From Octopus vulgaris (Eukaryota): DNA of 64,000 nucleotides. The number at the start of each line of letters is the position of its first letter. Position 1 is the first letter of the stretch. A model generated the notes under the pieces. The model was not told the DNA's origin. It ran no database searches and worked only from the letters and a program-made list of their open reading frames with translations. The translations under genes and the position numbers were made by a program. The stretch lies in the NCBI GenBank assembly GCA_951406725.2, contig OX597827.1, positions 17,112,001-17,176,000 on the forward strand, read 5' to 3'. This document shows, piece after piece, positions 14,645 through 28,700 of this stretch.

Positions 14645-16503
14645 GGCGGTGAGCTGGCAGAAAGGTTAGCACGCCGGGCGAAATTCTTAGCGGTATTTCG
14701 TCTGTCTTTACAAAGTTCAAATTCCGCCGAGGTCCACTTCACCTTTCATCATTTCGGGTCCGATAAATTAAGTACCAGTTACGCACTAGGGTCGATATAA
14801 TCGACTTAATCCGTTTGTCTGTCCTTGTTTGTCTTCTCTGTGTTTAACCCTTTGTGGGTAGTAAAGAAATAGGTATTTCGTCTGCCGCTATGTTCTGAGT
14901 TCAAATTCCGCCAAGGTCCACTTCACCTTTCATCATTTCGGGTCCGATAAATTAAGTACCAGTTACGCACTAGGGTCGATATAATCGATTTAATCCGTTT
15001 GTCTGTCCTTGTTTGTCTTCTCTGTGTTTAGCCCCTTGTAGGGTAGTAAAGAAATAGGTATTTCGTCTGTCTTTACCTAGAGTTCAAATTCCGCCAAGGT
15101 CCACTTCACCATTCATCATTTCGGGGTCGATAAATTAAGTACCAGTTACGCACTGGGGTCGATATAATCGATTTAATCCGTTTGTCTGTCTTTGTTTGTC
15201 CTCTCTGTGTTTAACCCTTTGTGGGTAGTAAAGAAATAGGTATTTCGTCTGCCGCTATGTTCTGAGTTCAAATTCCGCCAAGGTCCACTTCACCTTTCAT
15301 CATTTCGGGTCCGATAAATTAAGTACCAGTTACGCACTAGGGTCGATATAATCGATTTAATCCGTTTGTCTGTCTTTGTTTGTCCTCTCTGTGTTTAGCC
15401 CCTTGTGGGTAGTAAAGAAATAGGTATTTCGTCTGCCGCTATGTTCTGAGTTCAAATTCCGCCAAGGTCCACTTCACCTTTCATCATTTCGGGGTCGATA
15501 AATTAAGTACCAGTTACGCACTAGGGTCGATATAATCGATTTAATCCGTTTGTCTGTCTTTGTTTGTCCTCTCTGTGTTTAGCCCCTTGTGGGTAGTAAA
15601 GAAATAGGTATTTCGTCTGTCTTTACCTAGAGTTCAAATTCCGCCAAGGTCCACTTCACCTTTCATCATTTCGGGGTCGATAAATTAAGTACCAGTTACG
15701 CACTAGGGTCGATATAATCGATTTAATCCGTTTGTCTGTCCTTGTTTGTCCTCTCTGTGTTTAACCCTTTGTGGGTAGTAAAGAAATAGGTATTTCGTCT
15801 GCCGCTATGTTCTGAGTTCAAATTCCGCCAAGGTCCACTTCACCTTTCATCATTTCGGGTCCGATAAATTAAGTACCAGTTACGCACTAGGGTCGATATA
15901 ATCGATTTAATCCGTTTGTCTGTCTTTGTTTGTCCTCTCTGTGTTTAGCCCCTTGTGGGTAGTAAAGAAATAGGTATTTCGTCTGTCTTTACCTAGAGTT
16001 CAAATTCCGCCAAGGTCCACTTCACCTTTCATCATTTCGAGGTCGATAAATTAAGTACCAGTTACGGACTGGGGTCGATATAATCGATTTAATCCGTTTG
16101 TCTGTCCTTGTTTGTCCTCTCTGTGTTTAACCCTTTGTGGGTAGTAAAGAAATAGGTATTTCGTCTGCCGCTATGTTCTGAGTTCAAATTCCACTGAGGT
16201 CGATTTTGCCTTTAATCCTTTCGAGGTCGATTAAATTAAGTACCAGTTACGCACTGCGGTCGATATAATCGACCTAATTCGTTTGTCTGTTCTTGTTTGT
16301 CCTCTCCGTATTTGGCCCCTTGTGGGTAGTAAAGAAATGGGTATTTCGTTTGTCTTTACGTTGAGTTCAAACTCCGCCGAGGTCCACTTCACTTTTCATA
16401 ATTTCGGGCTCGATAAATTAAGCACCAGTTGCGTACTGAGGTTGATCTAACCGACTGGCCCCCTTCCCCCAAAATTTCGGGCCTTGTGCCTAGAGTACAA
16501 AAG
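14645..16503 (+). repeat. SINE C-derived tandem array: one head plus 10 units of ~180-185 bp
   Basis: units begin GGTATTTCGT at about 14692, 14872, 15057, 15239, 15423, 15607, 15789, 15973, 16155, 16340. Confidence 0.95.
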
Positions 16504-16918
16504 TATGTATAATTATGTGTGTGAGTGTGTGTGTGTGTGAGCACTAATTAATTCGGAATATGTTTAGAATATTATTAGAACATTGTTTATCGAGGCACCT
16601 AAGCAGTAACGATAAACTACCTATGAGCTTCATTAGAAAAGCTTGAACAGTAAACTTCTGGTGATGAGTTAACAAAGGAGAAGTTGAGAGGCGAAATCTT
16701 ACATAACGAGCGAAAAATTATACCGGAGAGGTTTCAGAAAAAAAAAAAAGGAAATATGCTGTCAGCTTATTAAAGGTGAACGAACATGTGGATACAGATA
16801 TATCCCTTTCATAGATAAGAAAATCAGAACTAAGCCCGTATAATGAAGCACGCATATTTATAGTAGCTAAATAAACCCTGACAAGCTGCATCAAAAATGT
16901 AGTCTATATATATATATA

Positions 16919-16972
<54 letters not shown>

Positions 16973-17096
16973 TATTACAAATAATCAATTAAATAGAGAA
17001 ATACGATTAAAAATCTAACAATTTATTACATTATAATATAATATACTGCAAATATAATATAATATAATATAATATAAATATAAGAAAATATGCTTT

Positions 17097-17497
17097 TATT
17101 ATTTGCTTCAGACATTCTAACTGCGGCCATGCTGGAACACCGTCTTTAGTCGAACAACTCGATCCCAGGACTTATTCTTTCTAAGCCTTGTACTTATTCT
17201 ATCAGGGTCGCTAGCCGAACCGCTAAGTTACGGAGATGTAAACACACCAACATCGGTTGTCAAGCGATGGTGGGAGGACAAGCACACACACGCACACTCA
17301 CGCACACACAGGCACATACACGCACACACACACAAACACACAAACACACATGTATACGACGGGCTTTGTTTTCTTCTTCCAAATTCTCTCTCAAGACTTT
17401 GGTCTGCCCGAGGCTATAGTAGGAGAGACTTGCCCAAGGTGCCACGCAGTGGGAGTGAACCCAGAACTATGTGGTTGGTAAACAAGCTACTTGCCAC
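17097..17497 (-). mobile_element. SINE family B, diverged
   Basis: homology to 3783. Confidence 0.85.
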
Positions 17498-17817
17498 AAT
17501 ATAACCAATTTTTTAAAAGATTTTTAAAACACTGGATATGTCATCATATCTTTTATTGTATTATATTATATTTCATTGTATAATAATGTAATAAATTGTT
17601 AGATTGTCAATCGCATTTCTCCATTCAATTTATTATTTGTAATTTGTATTTATACCCCTATTTCTGTGGTATTCAACTACCGTACCCGTATATTGGATGT
17701 TTTACACCCCTTTGACGGAATCGTTTTTTCCCCTCGTTTGTTATATATATATATATATATATATATATAATGTGTTGTGATCTTTAGATAATAACAATAG
17801 TATACATATATAATAAA

Positions 17818-18065
17818 TTAATAAATAAAACATATGCATATATACATAAATATATTTACGTACCTACCTCTACATGTATATATACACGCATATATGGGTA
17901 CAGGACACCAAAACAAAAACGTCGAACGCAATGAGAAACGAAAACATAAACACAAAACCAAGGAACTGGACATTTTTCTTAAACAACGAAAAAATAGAGT
18001 ACAGGACAAATAAAACAAGGAAAATTCCCCTTCTTCAGTCGCCATGGTTTCATCTACTCTGCGTT
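17818..18065 (-). mobile_element. TA-associated interspersed repeat family E (PLE-like 3' end)
   Basis: reverse-complement homolog of 37460-37720. Confidence 0.7.
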
Positions 18066-18592
18066 ATAATAATATGAGAGAATATTATTCCAAACTTATA
18101 TATATATATATATATATACATGCATATATGCACACATGCATGCGCATAAACACAACACTCACACAAACTCCTACCCTTATATAATTTTTCTCTCCACTAC
18201 GAAGAATATGTGGCTTACGTAAATTATTGCTGAAGGCATCCTGGGACGTGAGAGTATACTGAAAGTATACTGGGAAGTAAGTGAAAGTATATATGAGAAA
18301 ATATAGTGAAATCATATAAACAGTAACTTCTCGTGAAAATTCGTCTTAAGAACCTGAAGACTATTTGGAATTTTAAAATGCAATATAAATTAAAAAGATG
18401 CAGAATGCACATGGAGATTGAAATATGGATCAAGACACAACAAAAAGTACATAGGATAAGAATATCATTCGAGGAACTACAAATAGTAGTAACCACTAAA
18501 TAATAATATCAATCGTGAGAGGCTTTCTAGCTATGGTTCACATATGAGACTAGACAAATGCTTAGTTATAATAAAAGGTAGCTGTAATAACA

Positions 18593-18935
18593 GGCGCCTG
18601 GCTCAGTGGTTAGAGCGTCGAGCTTACGATCGTGAGGTTGTGAGCTCGAATCCCGGACCGGGCTGCGTGTTGTGTTCTTGAGCAAGACACTTTATTTCAC
18701 GTTGCTCCAGTTCACTCAGCTGTAGAAATGAGTTGCGACGTCACAGGTGCCAAGCTGTATCGGCCCTTGCCTTTCCCTTGGACAACATCGGTGACGTGGA
18801 GAGGGGAGGCCGGTATGCATGGGCGACCGCTGGTCTTCCATAAAACAACCTTGCCCAGACTTGTGCCTTAGAGGGTAACTCTCTAGGTGCAAACCCATGG
18901 TCAGTGTCTGACCGAAGGGGGCCACCACCACAATA
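18593..18935 (+). mobile_element. SINE family D
   Basis: GGCGCCTGGCTCAGTGGTTAGAGCG..CGAATCCCGG head and core. Confidence 0.9.
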
Positions 18936-19082
18936 ACAACAGTAACGATAGCTCTAAGAATGGTATCTACCATACAGACAAAGGTTTAATTAAAATATCA
19001 ATGCAGATATGATGCCTGCAGTACTATGATCGCTAAAATTCAATTGCAGTCTGGCTAGTTAAAACAGTATGTAATAATAAGA

Positions 19083-19498
19083 GGATGTTTTCGGTCTGAA
19101 CGGCAGTTTTTTCTAGCGGTGTCATATGAAATTGTCACCCATAATTATGACCCTAGTATTGCATTTCAATCTGTTTTAGGGTTAGGGTTAGGGTTAGGGG
19201 TGGAGGAAGGGTATCTATTTTTCTTCACAAATGTAAATAAACTCAATCTGTTTCTTAAACAAGGGACATATTCATACGGCACAGAATGATTTTTACCTCA
19301 ATAGACGTCAGTGATTGGTTGAAATTGCAGAAATTGAAAAAAAAAACGACAACAAATATCTTACAAACTATAGAATTTTCTCAATAAAGCCAAGAGAAGA
19401 AGATGTTTTATAAACACATTCTACCAGTATACGAAGTTTAAAATTGTTTAGTTACCTAGAAATTATGTTAAAAACTGCCGTTCAAGCCGAAATGATCC
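19083..19498 (+). mobile_element. MITE, Merlin-like (GG termini, 8-bp TSD), internal TTAGGG
   Basis: ~29-bp TIR (consensus GGATCTTTTCGGTTTGAACGGCAGTTTTT); TSD TAATAAGA on both sides. Confidence 0.9.
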
Positions 19499-19978
19499 TA
19501 ATAAGAGAAGAGCTATGATCTCTAAAAGACTAGAAATGTATATAGAAATAGATTGGAATAAACCCAATAACGATAGAATGCCAATGACTAGTCAGAGTAA
19601 ATTAGAAAGTTAGACATTATAACAAGAGTGGTAGGATCCTTATTTGCTCTCTGTAAGGGCAGACAACCATTTAACTAAATTAAAAAGATTATGTAAAACG
19701 CCAAACGTAACCAGTTTTGGCACAACACAAACAATTTTGACGGGTGCGGATGTCGATTACATCCATCCCAGCGCTTATCTGATATTTATTTCATGGACCC
19801 CGAAAAAATGAAAGATGAAAGTTAACCCCAGTGAAACTAGAGCTCTGAATGTAAAGAGTCGGAAGAAATGCCACTAACCACGCGTCTGGTGTGGCAATGA
19901 TTATACCAACACTCCGCCTTTAATAAAACACAAATCAAAGTTAGACCAGAATAATTCTAAAGTATTTTTTATTAAGAA

Positions 19979-20374
19979 CTAGCAGTATCGCCCGGCGTTG
20001 CTTGGATTTGTAAGGGAAATAACTATATAAGCAATTTTAGAGTCATAGCCAAATAAATAGCAAAAAAATGCATTCAAAATGGAAAAAAAATGATGGTAAA
20101 TTTTTTTTAAATCGTTGACTCATCGTAGACATTTTTAGAGAGTTATTTCCCTTATATAATAGTGAAAAAATGCATTAAAATGGGAAAAAATGATGGTAAT
20201 TTTTTTTTTTAATCGTAGACTCATCGTAGACGCGCGCTAATACCCAGAAGGGCTCGATATGAATCACGACTATAAGATACCCGGTTTTGGTTAAACTGCA
20301 CCGCAAAATGTGGGAGTAGTTAGGAATCTAAATCGTAGGAGACAGACACACAACTTCTCTTTTATATATAAAGA
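19979..20374 (-). mobile_element. non-autonomous Helitron
   Basis: minus strand A|TCTTTATATATAAAAG ... GCAACGCCGGGCGATACTGCTAG|T: 5' TC, 3' CTAG, A/T target, no TSD. Confidence 0.8.
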
Positions 20375-21332
20375 TAGCTAAATAGCAAGGTTTTAGAGAT
20401 CTAGGATACAGTGCAATGAAACGTATTAGAACGCAAAATGATTAATTGTAATTGATCCTGAAGGTAGGGAACCCAGGCTCAAGTAAAAACCATAGAGTCC
20501 AGACAGGAAATAGCAATATCAAGATAAAAAACTCAGTTATGATTTGTAACATTGTCACAAGACTAAAAGTTTTAGTAGATTGGTGAAGAATGGTGGAGGT
20601 GGTGGTTGTGGTAGTGGTGGTGGTTGTGGTAGTGGTGGTGGTAGTGTAATGCGAATCTGTGTAGTCGATTGAATGTCAAAGAGTTCCTGGAGAGATGTGT
20701 AGTGGATGAAATGTCAAAGAATGTTATTAAGTATTGCAGGGAAATAGAAATGAAGATAGAAAGGTAAAGAGAATACAAAAGAAGTAATAACAGGGAAGAT
20801 TAATAAATATACAATATACTGGGATGTGTTTAATAATTCTCCCTGTTATTTCTTCTATCGGATATATCAATCAAATAAAAGAAACACAACAGATTGTTTG
20901 GAAATAATAATCAAAGGAAATTCTATAAACAATTGAAGTGTCTGAAGAATATTAAAACCACAAAGCTGTTGTCATTGTGTGGCCCCAAGTGGGCTCCGCT
21001 ACAACAAACTTATGACCAAAGACACTCCTATGATGTTTATTGCGTCTTTTATTAAGCCATTGTGTAAATGGAACTGCGTTGTCAAATGTTCGTGTCCGCT
21101 GTTTGTCAGGCACTCAACTACATTAATTGAAATTTGGCTGTTCCAGTTTTAGGACCACCACTTGTCACATTGCGAGCCTTTAGCAGGGTTCCCTCTGGTG
21201 TATGTATAGGGATCAGCTCTTCGGTTTCAGGATACAATACTCGCTTTTTCTTCTCGGTACTGGAGACCCTATAAAAGAGCACAAACACTGCCTTCACTTC
21301 TGACTAAAAAAATAAACTTATATGGTAAAGTT

Positions 21333-21438
21333 ACTTATAAATACTATCATTGACTCTTAGAGGAGTCAAAGCAACACGGATCAACTTATAAATACTATCA
21401 TTGACTCTTAGATAGAGGAGTCAAAGCAACACGGATCA
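21333..21438. repeat. direct tandem duplication, ~52-56 bp x2
   Basis: ACTTATAAATACTATCATTGACTCTTAG..AGGAGTCAAAGCAACACGGATCAA occurs twice. Confidence 0.9.
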
Positions 21439-21555
21439 AGTATTTAAAATAAGAAACTAGAATATAATACACATTGAAGATAAATACAACTGATAACGAA
21501 AGATCTTAAAAGCACACTTTAATTTACAAAGCATTTAAAAGACTAATGAATATAA

Positions 21556-21781
21556 ATTTCTTTACTACCCATAAGGGGCTAAACACAGAGAGGACAAACA
21601 AGGACAGACAAAGGGTTTTTAAGTCGATTATATCGACCCCAGTGCATAACTGGCACTTATTTAATCGACCCCGAAAGGATGAAAGGCAAAGTCGACCTCG
21701 GCGGAATTCGAACTCAGAACGTAGCGGTAGACAAAATACTGCTAAGCATTTCGGCCGGCGTGCAAATGCTTCTGCCAGCTA
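21556..21781 (-). mobile_element. SINE family C, tail C1
   Basis: reverse copy of 54561. Confidence 0.88.
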
Positions 21782-23575
21782 GCAAACTTGGAAATTCAAA
21801 TCCCATACAGTTTAATATTTCTTAAAAACTTGACAAGTGATAATATATTTTGCTCAGTGTTGAACAGGGGTTGTACTTATAAATAGAAGCGAATGATGGA
21901 AAAGAGGGAACCGTCTCTATAGTGAGGTTTAAGACACAGACAACTGAAGGGAACATCTATTGGTCTATAAGTTGTTTACTGCCAATGTAGAAAATAACAG
22001 GCAAGGTTGATATTGGGGTAGGTTTCTTTATAGAAATATCACAGCAACCGTTTTAGGATTTGAAGATATATCAAAGGAGATCACTGTCGAGAAGTGCCCT
22101 GATGTATATTGATGGATGAATAATCTTCAAAAGAAGATTTGTTTTTTCTAGCTCCGAGCTGCCGAAACTAGTAAGGAGAGTACAGGAGGCGGTCGAAAAA
22201 GCCAGCTTCTATATATGGCTGAAGCGGGAAGACCGCAAATGGCTTGAAAGTCATAACATGCCGGCGGGAAATAACATCATTAGGTAAGACAAGCTGACAC
22301 TGAATCAGCTTCGCTGACTGACAGGTGACGGTCGTTTAGAGAATGCTCGGGCTAAAACTACGCGCCTTCACTAGTCAGTTAAGGTGAAACAGTGTCACGT
22401 GACAACTTGCTGGGGCTGCCTGCTGGAGCCTTGCGGCAGGTATTTAAAGGGGAAGATTTGACAAGTCAGTCAGTCACCGGCTGACACTCGCTGACGATAC
22501 ATCGAAGAGGCCAGGGAACAGAAGAAAGAAGAAGAAAGAAAACATGCACCCAACACCAGAGCTGAAAACACCTCCGAAAGGGGGGGGGCACGTCAAAACG
22601 GTGGAGGAGTAGGGGCTGAAACTGGATGTGGTTCCTCCTGATGATGTCTTGAGCCAACCGGATCCTATAAAGGAGCTGTTGTGGTAGCAGACCACGAAAC
22701 ACGGTTGTAATTCCTCAAGGTGGTTGTGAAAGATAAAATCAAGACATTAACAATAGAATGAACAGACAGTCTGGAAAAGTAGTCATTATGTTATCAACCA
22801 TTTCCAGATCCTAAACTGCAAAGAAATGTTCTGCATCCATGATGGAATTAGATTTTTTCTGAGGTGAATTGTCTTTCGCCTTAGTGAGATGAGCTGATAT
22901 ATTGTCAGGAGGTTTCGGGTTAAATTGTAACAAATTGAATTATTTTCAAAGGAGAAACGAAAGCCCACATGCTATATTCCAAACGTTAGAAGATATTTGA
23001 TCTTTTTCCTACAGTCTCTTATATATTTCATCGGGAATATTGGGATACGATTTGATATTGATATGTGAGTCTTGCTTGTAATGAAGGGAAATAAACGAGA
23101 AAGGTGTGAGGAAAGTCTCTTTCGAAATAACAATGTAATAAAAGTACTGGAGGAGAGTGGAGGATATAGATGCTTGTATTGAATGATGAAGGATGACGGG
23201 TGTGAAATGAGAAAATGAATAGAAAAGCTGGGGAAAAATACAAGATGGTCAGAGAGATCATAAACCACAATTGAATGGAAATATCATCATTAAGATAATC
23301 AACATGTGAGCCATAGAGATATACTGTTACCATACGGCTTTTCTTCAGTGAACTAATGCTGAACTGCACACAACAAGATTATGTTAACAAGGAACAACAG
23401 GTTATGATCACAAATCAGTATCTCTAGACGCCTTCTTACTCTCTCATTCGTTCTGTGCATATGTAGGTGTATGTGCTTGCGTGTGTGTGTGTGTGTGTGT
23501 ATATGTGAGTATACATATATACATAAATGTATGCGTATAATCACATACGTACATGCATGCATACATACATACATA

Positions 23576-23632
<57 letters not shown>

Positions 23633-23644
23633 CCATATATGCGC

Positions 23645-23804
23645 AGGAGTGGCTATGTGGTAAGTAGCTTGCTTCCCAACCACATGGTTCCGGGTTCAGT
23701 CCCACGGCGTGGCATTTTGGGCAAGTGTCTTCTACTTTAGCCTCGGACTGACCAAAGCCTTGTGAGTGGATTTGCTAGACAGAATCTGAAAGACGACTGT
23801 TGTA

Positions 23805-23875
<71 letters not shown>

Positions 23876-24093
23876 TTCTGTGCCTGTGTTTGTCCCCCCC
23901 CCCCCCAACATCGCTAGACAACCGATGCTGGTGGGTTTACGTCCCCGTAACTTAGCGGTTCGGCAAAAGAGACCGATTAATAAGTACTAGGCTTACAAAG
24001 AATAAGTCCTGGTGTCGATTTGCTCGACTAAAGGCAGTGCTCCGGCATGACCGCAGTCAAATGACTGAAACACGTAAAAGAGACAGAGTAAAA
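23645..24093 (+). mobile_element. SINE family B
   Basis: full-length copy. Confidence 0.9.
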
Positions 24094-24179
24094 GATATAT
24101 ATATATATATATATATATACAATTGTTTGTTTATATTCCACCTGTCTTCGTCTTTTGTTTATCTTCATAAAGCTTCCCG

Positions 24180-24249
<70 letters not shown>

Positions 24250-24820
24250 GCACACACACATACATACATACATTTATATACATATAAATATATATGTGTG
24301 TGTGTCTGTGTGTGTAGCGGTAGAAGAGAGAAACACAGCACTACTGGATACAAAGAGACTAGTAAAGATGGCAGATACAGGAACAGAAAAGTATGTTAAA
24401 AAACAGAGGATGGCCTTACATGCGCTGGTAAAAATATCACTGGCGAAAAGGAATATGGAGAAGAAAGAAGGAAAAGATAACGACAAACAATAAACAACAA
24501 CAATAAAATTTAAGGAAAAAGATAACGCGAGAAAAATGTGGAAGTCGTATAAATGGAGAAAAAGTTTAAGATGATCATTTTGTCACGCAAACGACATATA
24601 TAGTGAGAACAGCCAAAAGAAAATATGTAAGCTCATAGATTTAGCTATAACATATGTTAGGAGTATGTAGAAGTGAAAATAAGCAATCCTACCTTAACCC
24701 CGGTTCATAGAATATAGAACTGTGACTCATGTGAAAGCGTTATGGAAGTGTGATGTTCGGTATTGTATATCGTACTAAAGATAGTCTGTTCAATGGTTTT
24801 ATTTCCTGATAATTATTTTA

Positions 24821-25381
24821 TTGGGTTGTCCGGAAAGTTTTTGCCGATTTATAGTAACTTACCTTTCGACTTACTTTAGAACATGGTCGAGTCCATAAAA
24901 TAGAATTTGATTACACCTCCATTTAGAGCACAGTTCAAGCTATCTTTTCGTGGAAGAGGGTTTATGTTCCTATAACCTGGTGTTAATTCTGTAACCCTTC
25001 TAAATAGAAGATAAGAAAGTTCATTTTAGGCACTTGATGCTTTGGGAACCAGACAAAAATTGCTGCAGCTTGACTGGGATGTGTTACCCCACCCTCCATA
25101 TTCACCAGATATTGCTCCTTGGGTTTCCACTTATTCAGGTCTCTGCAGAAAAGTCTTAATGTTAAAAATTTCAATTCCTTGGATGACGTAAAAAGATCCC
25201 TTGATAAATTTTTTGCCATGAAACCACCTCAATTCTGGGAAAAGGGTATTTTCAAGTTAAAGGAAAGATGGAGACGCATTGTGCAACAAAATGGTTCATA
25301 TCTGGTTGATTAAAAATGTAGTGCAAATATTTATTGACTTTTTTTTCTCTCCTTTAAAGATCGGCACAAACTTTCCTGAAA
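24821..25381 (+). mobile_element. internally deleted mariner (Tc1/mariner) element
   Basis: TA-TTGGGTTGTCCGGAAAGTT TIR; remnant FHLFRSLQKSL..FWEKGIFKLKERWRRIVQQNGSYLVD. Confidence 0.9.
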
Positions 25382-25689
25382 ATATTGGGAGAAGATATTC
25401 TCGTACTAGAGACCTAATCCGAATTGATTGTAATACTATAAATGCCTTTAGAGCCTGTCAGAGCGTGAGGTCTTGGTTCCACCCAAAGTAAGTTGCGGCG
25501 GAATTTGAATTCACAACGCCAAGAGCTTCAACGGCATCTCCATCTCATGTTCTTACAGCTCTATCAAATCACCACTCTTTGTATCTTGGGAAGAAAAAGT
25601 ATAAATTATAAATAAGAATGCGAGGTAACAATTATGTAATATGGCTGTGTTTATCCCCTGTATTGTAAAACGTATGGACGTTGTTAATC

Positions 25690-25898
25690 TTTAGACCATG
25701 ACATCGGGCGGAGGGGGTCACTGCTTTGAAGAATCTTAATGGAGAGAATCAACGCCACTACTTGCTTTTCATGCCTCGTACTTATTTCATCGTTCACTTT
25801 GGCCCAACCGTTAGGGCACGTGGCGGCAAACACACCAACACCGGTTGGCAAGCAGTGGTAGGGACAAACACACACACATACACGCGCACTTTCTGTCC

Positions 25899-25966
<68 letters not shown>

Positions 25967-26125
25967 AACAAACATGCGACGGACTTCTTTCAGATTCGCT
26001 CTGCCAAATCCACTCACAAGGCTTTGGTCAGCCTCATGTTATAGAAAAAGACACTAGTCCAAGGTGCCACACTGTGTGACTGAACCCGGAACCATGAGGT
26101 TCGGAAGCAAACACGCACACCTGCG
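25690..26125 (-). mobile_element. SINE family B, old diverged copy
   Basis: CCAAATCCACTCACAAGGCTTTGGTC..CCCGGAACCATG. Confidence 0.75.
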
Positions 26126-26599
26126 CCCTATAGTGATATAGAATATTTGCAGCACAGTGGTAAAGTTGCAAAAGCAAAAATTGCTATATTTTATTATAAA
26201 GACAACCAATTCTACTCCTACCCACACGGGGCAATATAAACTGCGGCCCGCGTGACTTTCTGAATAATAAGTCTAACAAAAATTTACCTCGAACTTTTTT
26301 AGTAGTGTAGGCCACCAGATGATGATTCGTGTTTCATGGGGCTCGCTTTTCTAAGCAGGTCACCCATGCTTAATGGGAAACCTTCAAAAATCCATGAGGT
26401 TATAGATGCATCGCAGTCTATAAATCTCGAGACATTCAGCACCGTACAATAAGTGGTTTGCACAACAGCTTCATTTGTTTACATTCTTCTTGATATAAGA
26501 AGACACCTCAATCATTCGAAACCGATTCTACGTACTCGCAGACACGTACACAGATGTACACATGCACATACACACATATACATCCTTGAATACATACAT

Positions 26600-27080
26600 A
26601 CATGATGGATGCCCCCTCGTTATCGAGTATGGCCATTGCACGAAGCTTAACTGTTATTGGTGCTGTGATCGAATGGGACTTTTTAGCCAGCTAAAGATCT
26701 ACAATGTCTTGTATAGAATTGGCAGCTAAAACCTTTACCGGCAGTAGCCGGCTGTAGTTGTAACTGGGCTTCATGTACTTTTGCATGTCGTTTAAGTCCT
26801 TCTACCGAATTACACTCTCTTTCACATGCCCGACAGATATGATTAGTATGGTGCGTTATACCACCACCAGTGGCCAGGTTGTCACTCATCTGTCTCGCTT
26901 TATGACTACGAAGATGACTCTTGAGTCCAGCTTTACTGAGGCAGGGTCTTGCACAGACACTGCATGTCAGCATCATAGGAAGACCCTTCCCATCTGGAAG
27001 TGTAACAGCGATGCCCTTCCTGACATCCCTCCTTACTTTCTCATGTGCAACTCGAGATTTCTCAAAAGTGGCTGTCACTT
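26600..27080 (-). pseudogene. RTE-clade LINE 3' end with C2H2 zinc fingers
   Basis: FEKSRVAHEKVRR..CSVCARPCLSKAGLKSHLRSH..CRACERECNSVEGLKRHAKVH; short 3' UTR ending in CATCCATCAT; no TGEKP linkers. Confidence 0.75.
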
Positions 27081-27562
27081 CATACATAAATAAATACATA
27101 CATGCATGCATGCATACATACATACATACATGCATGCATGCATGCATACATACATACATACATACATACATACATACATACATACATACATACATACATA
27201 CATGCAAACGCACATACATAAAATTAAACAACAGACCAAAAAGTAATTATCTAAGCAGAGAGAGAGAAGAAGCTATGCACTGTAGCTGAAGTCAGTTGCC
27301 CGGCAGATATCAACAAAATATTAAAGGTTAGTGAAAAAACAGAACATCTGTACTGACCTGAAGAGAAATTTGCTAGTATTTCACCTGGACTATAACGTTA
27401 GATTTTCACCAATAATTGCTGCAGCACTTGGATATCTGACTGACTGTGTCAGTACCAGTATCAAGAAGCTACTATTTATAAATCCAGACAGAAAAAAACA
27501 CACAAAAAAACACGTCTGATTTGAAAACTAGAGCTTCAAGCTATCAAAAGTTTTGTTAAAAA

Positions 27563-27772
27563 GCGATGAGCTGGTAGAATCGTTAGCATGCCGGGTGAAA
27601 TGCTTAGCGGTGTTTCATCTGTCTTAATGTTCTGAGGTTCACTTTTCTGAGGTTCACTTTGCTTTCATCCTTTCGGGATCAATAAATTAAGTACCAGTTG
27701 CGTACTTGTGTCGATCTAATCGACTGGCCTCCTCTACCCAAAATTTCAGGCCTTCTACCTACAGTAGAAAAG
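27563..27772 (+). mobile_element. SINE family C, tail C2
   Basis: head plus GACTGGCC..CCAAAATTTCAGGCC..AGTAGAAAAG. Confidence 0.8.
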
Positions 27773-28066
27773 AAGGTATGGTTAAACTGTGTAGAATACA
27801 TATGAACCTGTGTATAATACAAGTTACAATGTGTGGTTAAGATGATCGCTTTGTAACCAGGTGGTTTCAAGTTCTGTCCCACTGATATAACGTCAGAGGT
27901 AGCCTATAGAAAGAGGAGGTATAAAGCAAAGAAAAACTAAATAAATGAGAAGTATATGACTATATGTATATAAAATAAAACCATACAGACTTGGAAAATG
28001 ATTTATCTAATGATTGTGAAATGTAGGAAGAAAATTAGTGATTAAATTATATATAATGATAGATAT

Positions 28067-28700
28067 CACTTATATGAACTAAAGGTGTGTTTCTGCCAAT
28101 GTTTACATCGGTATGCACGCTCTATAACCGTGTTTACAAGGGGATTTTTAGAAAAAAGAATAAAAAATAGTTCAGAATTACAGAGAAGACAGAATTTCTT
28201 GCCTTTGTCATAAGGTATTGAGATTGAGAGAATCAACCAATCTAAATTAAACTGTTTATTGTGGTCTTTTAGATCCCCAAATTAATTTACTAAGCTCTGT
28301 ACTGTTACGTTTATTCCTATCCCTAAATGTCGAGTAATGATTAGAAATTCTTCTAGATAACTGTGAAGACGTGTTTCCAATATAAAAATATACGTGATTA
28401 GGAGTAGTAATTTTAAACTGGTATATAGAATTTTTAATTTTAGAGTTACCTGACATAAACTTGATTCTGTTGTAATTGACTTCAGATAAAATAACCTTGT
28501 TATTAATATTTCTTGAGGGATGGATAGTATTAGCTAAATTAATGTTAGTATTAATAAATAAATTAATATTTAACAAGTTGTTATTATGTGAAGAGATAAT
28601 TTGTAAGATATTTTTAGTGTTGGAAAACCAGGCCTAACCGTATGTGAATTTACCAGCGCAAGAACAAAATTTAATGTAAGAATTACCACTTTTGTTAACA
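28067..28700 (-). pseudogene. Penelope-like element GIY-YIG endonuclease relic
   Basis: NSIYQFKI..YFYIGNTSSQLSRRISNHYSTFR..NSTELSKLIW, then (frameshift) LDWLILSISIPYDKGKKFCLLCNSE..RCKHWQK-stop. Confidence 0.85.

Noticed and set aside
14692-16503. Regular array resembling a CRISPR
   Set aside because: Whole ~183-bp units repeat with no unique spacers; SINE-derived; no cas genes; eukaryotic context.
18593-18665. tRNA-like sequences (also 3464, 41628, 57008)
   Set aside because: They continue into SINE bodies and tails, lack a proper acceptor stem/terminator, and are multicopy.
20783-20853. Small inverted repeat AATAACAGGG..CCCTGTTATT
   Set aside because: Short, AT-rich and imperfect; cannot be assigned to a family from this window.
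26683-27231. Host C2H2 zinc-finger gene
   Set aside because: The N-terminus is microsatellite, there are no TGEKP linkers, and the context is an RTE-type C-terminus and 3' UTR.
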